NCBI GenBank assembly: GCA_965649295.1
Contig: CBFGKH010000001.1
Coordinates: 224,001 to 288,000, forward strand
Length of the DNA stretch: 64,000 bases
Source of the DNA: a candidate division WOR-3 bacterium
GTDB lineage: Bacteria > Hydrothermota > Tepidihabitantia > Tepidihabitantales > Tepidihabitantaceae
Reading direction: 5' to 3'
Shown: piece by piece, positions 56,009-64,000 of the stretch
How the letters are laid out: each line of letters opens with the position of its first letter
Position numbering within the stretch: the stretch's first letter is position 1
The notes under the pieces: generated by a model
What the model was told of the DNA's origin: nothing
Database searches by the model: none
Seen by the model: only the letters and a program-made list of their open reading frames with translations
Translations under genes and position numbers: made by a program

Positions 56009-57349
56009 CTAGGACTCGGCCGCGCCAGCGTCAACGCGGTCAGGACCCTGGCTACAGCCGTTGGTTGCCAGTTCTGGCTGAGCTGGCAGTTCATTCGGCT
56101 GACCGAAATACTCAGTAGCCAGCTCACCGGCCCGGGCTAGTCTGTCACCATACTCCGGGTCAAGAAAAACCATGAACTTCCACAACCGCTCCTGCCGCTT
56201 CTTCAGATTCTCAATCTCCTCGTTGTTTTCCAACCGACGCGGCGGCTCTCCGGCCCGCAGCCGGAACAGAGCATTCGCCTCCCGTAACTGCATTGACGAT
56301 GACGGGCAGTAAAGAATCACCGACCGAAATGGTACCCGCAGCTTGCGACAGAGCCAACGCTCTGCCTCAGCCCGCGCGGCTGGGTCAAGATGATACCGGG
56401 TAAAACGCTCTGTCGAAGAGATGCTGCGGCGAGAGACAAGATAAGCCTTCTTATAGAGTCGCCGACCCCAGAATCTTTCCACTAGATAACGGGCAGGCGC
56501 TGGCCCAGAGCCGATAATCCGCAGAAAACCCTCGTCGCCGACGTCATAGAACGACCGCTCGGATAAGCGCATCTTACCGCCCAGACAGAGTTCTAGCGCC
56601 TTCGAGACCATTGCTGAGGCTGCATTCTTGGCCGGATGGTAATAGACCCGCTCGCTCAAGACATACCGCATCCGCAGGACATTCAGAGTCTCAGACAGCC
56701 CGTCCATCCGAAACAGTCCTCCCCGCACGAGATTGATACACAATGCGCCGTCAGCAATCACGAAATACTTGAACAACCGCTCGTCATACTGCTGGGATAG
56801 GCCGGTGAAATATGAGTCCCGTTCCAGATAGTCCAAAAGGTCAGCACAGATAGTGCTTGATACAATATCGTAGTGGTAGGTCGGCCCATCCTTGTACAGC
56901 CGCTTAGTTGCTAGCAGCCGTTCAATATCCGACCGCACTCCCAACTTGGCCAGAACCTTGCCAGTGTCGGTGCGACTGAGAAAGTAATCAATCCGGCCGA
57001 CATTCTGGTCATGCCGCACAAATACCCGCCGCTCGTCCTCAATAGTATGGCCAAAAGGGATATGGGTGATGTCGTGGACAAGAGCATAGAGACAGATTAG
57101 CCGTTCATCCTCAGCCGAAATCGCCCCCTCACCGCAGTTGCGGCGAATGTGACCAATCATCTTCTTCGCAATCCCGCAGGTGCCCAGACTGTGCTCAAAA
57201 CGGGTGTGCACCGCACTAGGATAGACCAAGTAGGACGCACCAAGCTGCTTTATCCCGCGCAGACGCTGAAAAGTGCCAGTATCAATCACTGCCAGCTCAT
57301 CAGCCGTAAACTCAATGTCTCCATGCACCGCGTCGCGAAACGTCTTCAT
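56009..57349 (-). CDS. HD-domain phosphohydrolase (SAMHD1/dNTP triphosphohydrolase-like)
   Basis: FRDAVHGDI, FQRLRGIKQLG, HTRFEHSLG, VHDITHIPFGH, ADLLDYLERD, RVYYHP. Confidence 0.85.
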   Translation of the reverse strand: MKTFRDAVHGDIEFTADELAVIDTGTFQRLRGIKQLGASYLVYPSAVHTRFEHSLGTCGIAKKMIGHIRRNCGEGAISAEDERLICLYALVHDITHIPFGHTIEDERRVFVRHDQNVGRIDYFLSRTDTGKVLAKLGVRSDIERLLATKRLYKDGPTYHYDIVSSTICADLLDYLERDSYFTGLSQQYDERLFKYFVIADGALCINLVRGGLFRMDGLSETLNVLRMRYVLSERVYYHPAKNAASAMVSKALELCLGGKMRLSERSFYDVGDEGFLRIIGSGPAPARYLVERFWGRRLYKKAYLVSRRSISSTERFTRYHLDPAARAEAERWLCRKLRVPFRSVILYCPSSSMQLREANALFRLRAGEPPRRLENNEEIENLKKRQERLWKFMVFLDPEYGDRLARAGELATEYFGQPNELPAQPELATNGCSQGPDRVDAGAAES

Positions 57350-57400
57350 CAAAGCCAATCCTAGACCTCGCTTCTTGCTGGTCAAGAACTACAGAAGAAC

Positions 57401-57753
57401 CACTGCTGCCAAGTCTGTCAGTAATCTCTCCACGGACCCACTATCAGACAGCGGCCAAAACTCCTAAGCAGAGAGAGTGGGAACATCACCCACCAGTGAG
57501 CTGCCAATGCAACCCATAGGCGTTCTCAGAATCAGGTCCGGATGTTCGTCTGCCGATGCCCTGCAAGACCAACCTTCCGACACCTCCAGAAAAGACACCC
57601 AGAAGCCACTGCCAAAACCAGTCCCAAACCACGATACCGGCCCACATGCAAACACTTTGCCAATCAGTTCAGGGAACGACTCCCGGGATGGCCCACTGTA
57701 GGACCTGCCCAGTAACGGCCCTGGCCACTAACCCATTGATTCACAAGCAGTTG
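57401..57753. repeat. Degenerate 12-bp-periodic intergenic array D
   Basis: 24 12-mers (57401-57688), of which 19 end purine-purine and 13 start with C; last units cagttcagggaa cgactcccggga; motif taacccattgattcacaagcagttg at 57729-57753. Confidence 0.75.
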
Positions 57754-57897
57754 CGCCGGAACGCCAAGACAACGCGTTCGATGGCGAATGTGGCAATGGC
57801 CGCGAAGATGAACTGTTCAGTGCCGTTCATCTATCAGTCTTCAGCAAGACTGACGTCCCCTATTACCCAGGCCAGAAGGAAGATTCAATCGGTTTGT

Positions 57898-58989
57898 TCA
57901 GGCGCTGGTTCGGTGACGCCTACGGCTGCCCGGCCCCTTACCAGGAACCCGGCCAATCGCTGCCAACGTGGCCAGGAGCTTCTCATGAAACACTTCTGCC
58001 GTATCCGGCGCACTGGCCTTACCCGGATAGATCTCATACAGAGCACGATAGCGAAGCGGAGTGAGATTCGGCATCCAGACGTTTGCCCCCCGCATTAGCC
58101 CAAGCTCGCGGCCGTGCTCACGATTCACCGTTGCCAGCGCTGTGGTCGAGGGGATATTCGCATCCGGACAGACAAGCCGAGTCAAAGCAACCACCTTGGT
58201 AGTCATTGTGTCTGTTGCCGGCACTTGGTCCGGCAACGTTCGGCGGTTAGGGTCCGGCATTCCTAGTGGCGTATCCGGATGGGGCACGAACGGCCCGCAG
58301 CCAATCATCTCGAGATCAAGTTCACGAAAGAGCATTATGTCATCAGCCAGTGACGCAAAGGTCTGACCCGGGATGCCCACCATCACTCCTGAACCTACCT
58401 CATAGCCCATTGTTTTGGCCGCCCTGAGCAGTCCGATTCGATCGCTCACCTCGTCCGCGCAGTCCGGATGGATGCGTCGAAACAGAACCGGGTCTGAGGT
58501 CTCATGCTTGAGCAGGTAGCGGTCTGCCCCGGCCCGACGCCACTCTTCGAGTTCAGCGAGCGTGCGCTCACCCAAGGCCAGGGTGACCGCCAATGGTGTT
58601 TCCTGCTTGATACGCTTCACCAGGTCGGTAATCAACTCCCGCCCAAGGCCAAGGTCCTCCCCCGACTGAAGAACAACCGTGCCGTATCCGAGTCTGGCTG
58701 CCAGTCGAACGCAGTCCAGCACCTCATCTGCTGTCATTCGGTAGCGCTCAATCCGTCGGCTCGCACGGATGCCGCAGTAGTGACAGTCACGCCGGCAGTA
58801 GCTTGAAAGTTCAATCAGCCCGCGCAGGTGGACTTCGTCGCCGACCTGCTCCTTGCGCACGCGGTCGGCCTCCTCCCAGAGAAAGTCGAGTTTCCACTCC
58901 TCCTCTTCCCGCAACCAGGCAAGGACCTCGTCCCGGGTCAGCCCTTTCGGGCCCGGCCCCTGTCCGCGCCGACCTTGCAGCAGCTTCAT
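57898..58989 (-). CDS. hydE: [FeFe]-hydrogenase maturase radical SAM protein HydE
   Basis: VHLRGLIELSSYCRRDCHYCG, VLQSGED, RYLLKHET, GANVWMPN, YEIYPGK. Confidence 0.93.
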   Translation of the reverse strand: MKLLQGRRGQGPGPKGLTRDEVLAWLREEEEWKLDFLWEEADRVRKEQVGDEVHLRGLIELSSYCRRDCHYCGIRASRRIERYRMTADEVLDCVRLAARLGYGTVVLQSGEDLGLGRELITDLVKRIKQETPLAVTLALGERTLAELEEWRRAGADRYLLKHETSDPVLFRRIHPDCADEVSDRIGLLRAAKTMGYEVGSGVMVGIPGQTFASLADDIMLFRELDLEMIGCGPFVPHPDTPLGMPDPNRRTLPDQVPATDTMTTKVVALTRLVCPDANIPSTTALATVNREHGRELGLMRGANVWMPNLTPLRYRALYEIYPGKASAPDTAEVFHEKLLATLAAIGRVPGKGPGSRRRHRTSA

Positions 58990-59045
58990 AACCGCGACCG
59001 CGGCCTGGATAGCAGGTCAGCCGCCTTCCGAGGGATTGAATTGCC

Positions 59046-60299
59046 TCATTCCGTTACTCTGCTAGGGCTGTGCTGTCGTCGTGTTTCCCTAAAAACCTCA
59101 AGCGCTGCTGGAAACGGCTCGAGCGCTCGCTCAAAGATGCCAAGCGAATAGGCAATGGTTAACCCGTAGTTGGTGATGGCAACGCCCTGCTCCCGGCATT
59201 GGGCTACCCGGTTGAGAACTGCCCGACGGTTGGTCATGCAGGCGCCGCAGTGAATCACGAGCTTATATGGCGATAGGTCAGCCGGAAAATCGTGCCCCTG
59301 CTGAGTGACGAATTCGAGCCTGCCGCCGACATACTGGGTGAGCCAGCGTGGAATCTTGACGCGGCCGATATCATCGCCAATCGGGTGGTGGGTGCAGCTC
59401 TCAGCCACCAGCACCCTGTCGCCAGGCCGTAGCTTATCAATCGCCGTTGCCCCGCGCACCATCTCAACCAAGTCGCCCTTGTAGCGGGCAAAGAGAATCG
59501 AAAAAGATGTCAGGCGAACATCTTTGGGCGTGTCACCGGCAACCTTAAGAAACGCCTGCGAGTCGGTAACGACAATATCCGGCTTGCGGTTCAGGCGTAG
59601 CAGCGCGTCGCGCAGCTCCCGCTCCTTCACAACCAGGCAATAGGCATCGTTGTCAAGAAGGTCACGAATCGTCTGCACCTGCGGCTGAATCAGTCGTCCC
59701 CGCGGTGCTTCCTTGTCTATTGGTACGACCAGCACCGCCAGTCCGCCCGCTGGCACCAGGTCGCCGATAATCGTTGGCGGATTCACGAAATCTTCCGGTG
59801 CCACCGCAATCAGCGCCTCACGCAGCGCTAGAATACCTTCTCCCCTTTGCGCCGCAGTTCTCACCACCTGCAGCCCCGCGTCCCGTAACTGCTTCTCGAT
59901 CCCCTCATCGGGCATAACCAGGTCGGTCTTGTTGAAGACCACCACGACTGGCACTCGGCGCTTTCGCAGCTCGTCAACCATCGCCTGCTCGAATACGTCC
60001 CACTGTCCTGCCTCAGCCACGACGATACCGACATCGGTCCGTTCAATCACCCGCCGTGTCTTCTCAACCCGCATCGCTCCCAGCGCACCGATGTCATCAA
60101 CACCGGCCGTATCAATGAACAACACCGGCCCCAGCGGCAATAGCTCCATCGGCTTCTCAACCGGGTCAGTTGTTGTCCCAGCAACGGCTGAGACAATCGA
60201 AACCTGCTGCCGCGTCAGTTCATTCAGTAGTGACGACTTGCCCACATTTCTGCGGCCGAATATACCGATGTGGAGCCGCAGACTCTTCGGCGCCCTCAC
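59046..60299 (-). CDS. hydF: [FeFe]-hydrogenase maturase GTPase HydF
   Basis: GRRNVGKSS, GTTTDPV, DTAG, NKTD; CTHH...HCGAC Fe-S motif. Confidence 0.95.
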   Translation of the reverse strand: MRAPKSLRLHIGIFGRRNVGKSSLLNELTRQQVSIVSAVAGTTTDPVEKPMELLPLGPVLFIDTAGVDDIGALGAMRVEKTRRVIERTDVGIVVAEAGQWDVFEQAMVDELRKRRVPVVVVFNKTDLVMPDEGIEKQLRDAGLQVVRTAAQRGEGILALREALIAVAPEDFVNPPTIIGDLVPAGGLAVLVVPIDKEAPRGRLIQPQVQTIRDLLDNDAYCLVVKERELRDALLRLNRKPDIVVTDSQAFLKVAGDTPKDVRLTSFSILFARYKGDLVEMVRGATAIDKLRPGDRVLVAESCTHHPIGDDIGRVKIPRWLTQYVGGRLEFVTQQGHDFPADLSPYKLVIHCGACMTNRRAVLNRVAQCREQGVAITNYGLTIAYSLGIFERALEPFPAALEVFRETRRQHSPSRVTE

Positions 60300-61936
60300 T
60301 GTGCGCTCCCGAGCCGGTTCACCGCTTCCGGCGACACCAATTCGTCAAACCGCGCCGGCGAAATCCCATACTTCGTGGTCGCGAGCTCGCGCAGACCCCT
60401 ACCGGTCTGGCGCGACTCCTTGACCAGTGCCTCAGCCCGCTCATACCCAAGTTCGGCAACGAGGGCAGTAACGGTGGCAGTAGTTGACTCGACGTAACGG
60501 CGGCAGCGCTCGACATTAGCCCTGATACCGCTGACGCAGTGCAGCCGCAGTATGCGGCAGGCATTGTGGAGCAGCTCCAGTTCATCGAGCAAAGCGTGAG
60601 CAATCAACGGCAGAAACTGGTTCAGTTCCAGATTGCCAGCTGAAGCCGCTTGGGAGATGACCGCATCATAGCCCAAAACCATCATCGCCGCCTGAGCCAC
60701 GGCTTCGGGAATCACCGGATTGACCTTGCCCGGCATTATCGTCGAGCCAGCCTGCCGTTCCGGCAGCATGATTTCACCAAGGCCGGCTTCAGGCCCAGAT
60801 GATAGCAAGCGCAGGTCGTTCGTAACCTTGATGAGATTGGCGGCACACGCCTTCATCGTGCCCGAAACCTCAACGAAGGCATCAGCGTTCTGCGTCGCTT
60901 CGACGAGGTTTTCCGCCCGACCAAGGCCGATACCGGTGATGTCGCGCAAATAGTCAACCACGCTGAAGATATAGCTCCGCGGCGCACCAATACCGGTGCC
61001 AATCGCCGTGCCGCCAAGGTTCACAGTCCGCAGCCGTTCCTCGCTCTTGAAGACCCGCCAACGGTCCCGGGCAAAAGCCTCTGCATAGGCACCCATCTCC
61101 CGACCGAGCGTAGTAAGCACCGCATCCTGCATCTCAGTCCTGCCAACCTTGACGACGCCGGCGAACTCCTGCTCCTTGGTCTGAAACGCCTCCTGCAACA
61201 GGACCAGCTCTTCCTCCAGTTCACGCAGGGACTTGATGGCCGCAACCCGCAACGCGGTCGGGAAGGTGTCGTTCGTGGACTGATGCCGATTCAGGTCATC
61301 GTGCGGCGATACCCGAGCATAGTTGCCCAGCGGCTCTCCGAGAATCTGCAACGCACGATTCGCCAGCACCTCATTCACATTCATATTCGTCGAGGTACCA
61401 GCTCCGCCCTGCAAGGCATCCACCAGCACTTGGCCGTCGAACCGACCTTCCATCATCTCCTGACACGCCTGCTCAATTGCATCAGCCTTGGCCTGGTCAT
61501 GCTGCCAAATGCCAAGCGCCCGGTTGGCCCGAGCGCAGGCGAGCTTCACCGCACCGAACGCATGCACCAGCAACACGTGCACCGGCCGGTTGGCAATTGG
61601 AAAGTTCTCCAGCGCCCGGACAGTGTGAATACCATAAAGGGCTGTTGCTGGCACCTGCCGTTCTCCAAGCAGGTCAGTTTCGGTCCGGGTTGCCGCTCCG
61701 GCGCGAAACCGGGCAAACTCCTCGCGCACAAGCTGGGCAAGCTCCCCAGTCACGTTCTCACCGAAAACCGCATACTCCGTGTCCGAGACAACGAGCTCCG
61801 CCGGTTCGAGCCGCTCCGTCCCCACGCTCCAAAGGAAATCCCAGCGCCGGCCATTCGCTTGGCACAGCCAGAGCTTGGCAGCCTGGCCCCGTACCAGTCG
61901 GCCAAGCGTCTCTCTAAAAGCAGAGGTCTCGCTCAT
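60296..61936 (-). CDS. aspA: Aspartate ammonia-lyase with ~80-aa N-terminal extension
   Basis: RTETDLLG, QGGAGTSTNMNVNEV, QSTNDTFPT, GSTIMPGKVNPVIPE. Confidence 0.88.
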   Translation of the reverse strand: MSETSAFRETLGRLVRGQAAKLWLCQANGRRWDFLWSVGTERLEPAELVVSDTEYAVFGENVTGELAQLVREEFARFRAGAATRTETDLLGERQVPATALYGIHTVRALENFPIANRPVHVLLVHAFGAVKLACARANRALGIWQHDQAKADAIEQACQEMMEGRFDGQVLVDALQGGAGTSTNMNVNEVLANRALQILGEPLGNYARVSPHDDLNRHQSTNDTFPTALRVAAIKSLRELEEELVLLQEAFQTKEQEFAGVVKVGRTEMQDAVLTTLGREMGAYAEAFARDRWRVFKSEERLRTVNLGGTAIGTGIGAPRSYIFSVVDYLRDITGIGLGRAENLVEATQNADAFVEVSGTMKACAANLIKVTNDLRLLSSGPEAGLGEIMLPERQAGSTIMPGKVNPVIPEAVAQAAMMVLGYDAVISQAASAGNLELNQFLPLIAHALLDELELLHNACRILRLHCVSGIRANVERCRRYVESTTATVTALVAELGYERAEALVKESRQTGRGLRELATTKYGISPARFDELVSPEAVNRLGSAQ

Positions 61937-63332
61937 CGCTCGTCCTTATTCTCTGAATCCGCTCCCGTACTTGGCGCTGCGTGCGCTCGTCAGCAAGCTT
62001 GGCTACCTCGCGCTCAATCAGCTCGAAACCGGCCTGTCTTGTCTCCTGACTGGCGTAGTCGGTCAGGTATTCAGCCAAAGTCACCAGCGCATTCGGCGTG
62101 CAATAGCGCTTGATGAAACCCGGAATCGAAAACTCCATGAAGTGCTCACCGGTCCGACCCAGCCGATAGCAGGAAGTACACCAACTCGGAATGTAGCCAT
62201 CGGCGATCAGCTCGCGCACCACGACATCAAGCGGCCGGGTGTCATGCAGCTCAAACTGCTCCCGCCGCAGGTCCTGACACTCGCCGTCCTTGCACTCCTG
62301 GTAGGCACCGAGCTCAATCCGCGAGCCGGCGTCAATCTGGGAAACGCCCAACCGCAGTGCGGCGCGACGCAGCTCAGGCCGCTCGCGAGCAGTCAGAATC
62401 AGCCCAGTGTAAGGCACGGCCAAGCGCAGCACTGCAATCACCTTCTTGAAATCATCGTCAGCGACAAAGTGTGACCGGTCAATCGCAATGTTCGAGGCGA
62501 CATTGACGCGCGGAAAGCTGATCGTATGCGGCCCGACACCAAACCGCTCCTCAAGGTGAATCGTGTGGGCAACCAGCCCCATTACCTCGAACCGCCAGTC
62601 GTAGAGGCCGAATAGCGCGCCAATGCCAACGTCATCAACTCCAGCCAGCATCGCCCGGTCGTGGCTTGTCAGCCGCCAGCAATAGTCGCCTTTGCGCGTA
62701 TTCTCAGGATGAACCTTGCGGTAGGTCGCATGATGGTAGGTCTCTTGGAATACTTGGAACGTCCCAATGCCGACCGCCTTGAGCTGACGATAACCCTCAA
62801 CATCAAGCGGCGCGGCATTGACGTTCACCCGCCTAATCTCGCCGTGCCCGAACTTAGTCTCATAGACTAGCTTGATGACTCGCGCCATCTCAGTGGCCGA
62901 GTAGTCGGGATGCTCGCCCCAGACAAGAATCAGCCGCTTGTGCCCCTGAGCTTCGAGCGCAAGCAACTCCCGGCGCAACTCTTCGTCGGTCAACGTCTTG
63001 CGCACCACCTCCCGATTTGTGCTCTTGAAGCCGCAATAGGCGCAGTTGTTCACGCACTTGTCGCCGATGTAGAGCGGCGCGAACAGCACTATCCGATTGC
63101 CATAAACCTCTTCCTTCAACTCTCGTGCACCGGCAAATATCTCTTCCCACAAGTCTGGGTCTTGGACCCGCAGCAGGCTTGCGGTTTCATCGAGATTCAG
63201 TCGCTGCTTGCTCTTCGCCTTGGCCACAATCTCCCGCACTCGCGCTGAGTCGGGCCGGGCCTCGGCCAGTTTCGTCTCAATTGCCCCATCATCAATGAAA
63301 TCAACCAGCTCAGCAACCGAACTAGACTTCAT
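61914..63332 (-). CDS. hydG: [FeFe]-hydrogenase maturase radical SAM protein HydG
   Basis: VLFAPLY..CVNNCAYCG; GVGPHTISFPR; C-terminal WCTSCYR...YCTPNA second cluster motif. Confidence 0.95.
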   Translation of the reverse strand: MKSSSVAELVDFIDDGAIETKLAEARPDSARVREIVAKAKSKQRLNLDETASLLRVQDPDLWEEIFAGARELKEEVYGNRIVLFAPLYIGDKCVNNCAYCGFKSTNREVVRKTLTDEELRRELLALEAQGHKRLILVWGEHPDYSATEMARVIKLVYETKFGHGEIRRVNVNAAPLDVEGYRQLKAVGIGTFQVFQETYHHATYRKVHPENTRKGDYCWRLTSHDRAMLAGVDDVGIGALFGLYDWRFEVMGLVAHTIHLEERFGVGPHTISFPRVNVASNIAIDRSHFVADDDFKKVIAVLRLAVPYTGLILTARERPELRRAALRLGVSQIDAGSRIELGAYQECKDGECQDLRREQFELHDTRPLDVVVRELIADGYIPSWCTSCYRLGRTGEHFMEFSIPGFIKRYCTPNALVTLAEYLTDYASQETRQAGFELIEREVAKLADERTQRQVRERIQRIRTSDERDLCF

Positions 63333-63619
63333 CGCCCGCCTCCGTTCTTCCTGCGCAACGCACTCTTGACGCTCACTCCCGGAATCGTACCCAGCTTGCC
63401 GGTCATCGCCCCAATGTCGTCATTGGTGCCGTCAACGATGACCGCCACGACCGACAGATTCCTTTCGCGATAGGGAATGCCCATTCGCCCCACAATCAGA
63501 TGGGCATAGTCAGAGAGCACCTGATTTACCTTGGGTGCCGACTCCAGCCGATTCTCGACAAACAAGGCCACAACACCAAGGCGGTGCTCGTTCCGATTGT
63601 CATTGTCACTACCAGACAT
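63329..63619 (-). CDS. TM1266-family iron-only hydrogenase system putative regulator
   Basis: RLGVVALFVE, VNQVLSDY..LIVGRMGIPY, IGAMTGKLG.IPGVSVKS; GGGAG RBS before ATG 63619. Confidence 0.9.
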   Translation of the reverse strand: MSGSDNDNRNEHRLGVVALFVENRLESAPKVNQVLSDYAHLIVGRMGIPYRERNLSVVAVIVDGTNDDIGAMTGKLGTIPGVSVKSALRRKNGGGR

Positions 63620-63793
63620 AACTGCTCCCTTCTGCGACGAACGACACTCTGCCTTCGGTCGCACACTAATACCGGTCGGGAAGCACTGGAGCAGAACCTG
63701 CCCCATCAGACTTAGGCCAAAAGGCCCTCACCCTGGGACAACGGCTTCCTTTGACTCCTCTGGGCCAGCCAACGCCGACCCATCAGCGAAACT

Positions 63794-63822
63794 ATCATAA
63801 CCGCAAATAGCGGCACTGTCAA
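63794..63822 (-). promoter_or_regulatory. Sigma70 promoter of the hyd maturation operon
   Basis: TTGACA-17 bp-TATGAT. Confidence 0.7.
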
Positions 63823-63909
63823 AACGACTGTTCGCCGCCCTTCCGGATGGGGCAGATTGACAGCCGCCCGCTCTGGCGTATTCTGATACGATAAGGAGAA
63901 GTCTTACCC

Positions 63910-64000
63910 ATGAAAAGGCAGATTGCGGTCGCGATTCTAGGCTTTACATTGCTGCTGGCGGCAACTAGCGCCTCCGGTCAAACAGTCCTCCTGTCTGAGT
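63910..64000 (+). CDS. Partial secreted protein (signal peptide) running off the window
   Basis: TTGACA-16-TATTCT promoter, AAGGAG RBS, MKRQIAVAILGFTLLLAATSASGQTVLLSE... Confidence 0.7.
   Translation, partial: MKRQIAVAILGFTLLLAATSASGQTVLLSE

Noticed and set aside
57556..58098. 180-aa plus-strand ORF
   Set aside because: Spans array D and runs antisense into hydE; no family features.

Overview
GC-rich chromosomal window from a diderm, probably anaerobic bacterium. The protein repertoire (CARDB-like Ig repeats, Kelch-like propeller, T9SS/FlgD-type C-termini) suggests candidate division WOR-3 or an FCB relative; this is inference only. Gene content: (1) a detached alpha operon (rpsM-rpsK-rpsD-rpoA-rplQ) followed by a GlmU-N/LytR_C/rsfS/PTS-EIIA run; (2) two tandem giant secreted M6 metalloproteases; (3) an SSS symporter with a DUF3311-like tail; (4) two PTS-EIIA/ArsB-NhaD-type permease fusions with a USP-like gene and a NYN nuclease; (5) OmpA, PAC2, murJ, CofE-like, TackOD1-Mrr, lspA, cysteine desulfurase and archease genes; (6) a signal-peptide-bearing S74 fibre protein with a FlgD-CTD partner; (7) an ABC-2 exporter and a DUF2089/DUF4097/DUF5668 envelope-stress-like operon; (8) an M1 aminopeptidase and an HD phosphohydrolase; (9) a complete [FeFe]-hydrogenase maturation operon (TM1266-hydG-aspA-hydF-hydE). 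The most striking unexplained signal is non-coding. Four long intergenic regions each carry about 22-24 consecutive degenerate 12-bp units: the phase is conserved and the sequence is not. Each array is anchored at one end by a shared CCCGGGA-like unit and a 25-bp TAA...(AT/TT)R motif, and has the same polarity relative to the next promoter. The second candidate is a structured ~170-nt leader ahead of the hydrogenase maturation operon. No rRNA, tRNA, CRISPR or transposase was recognised.
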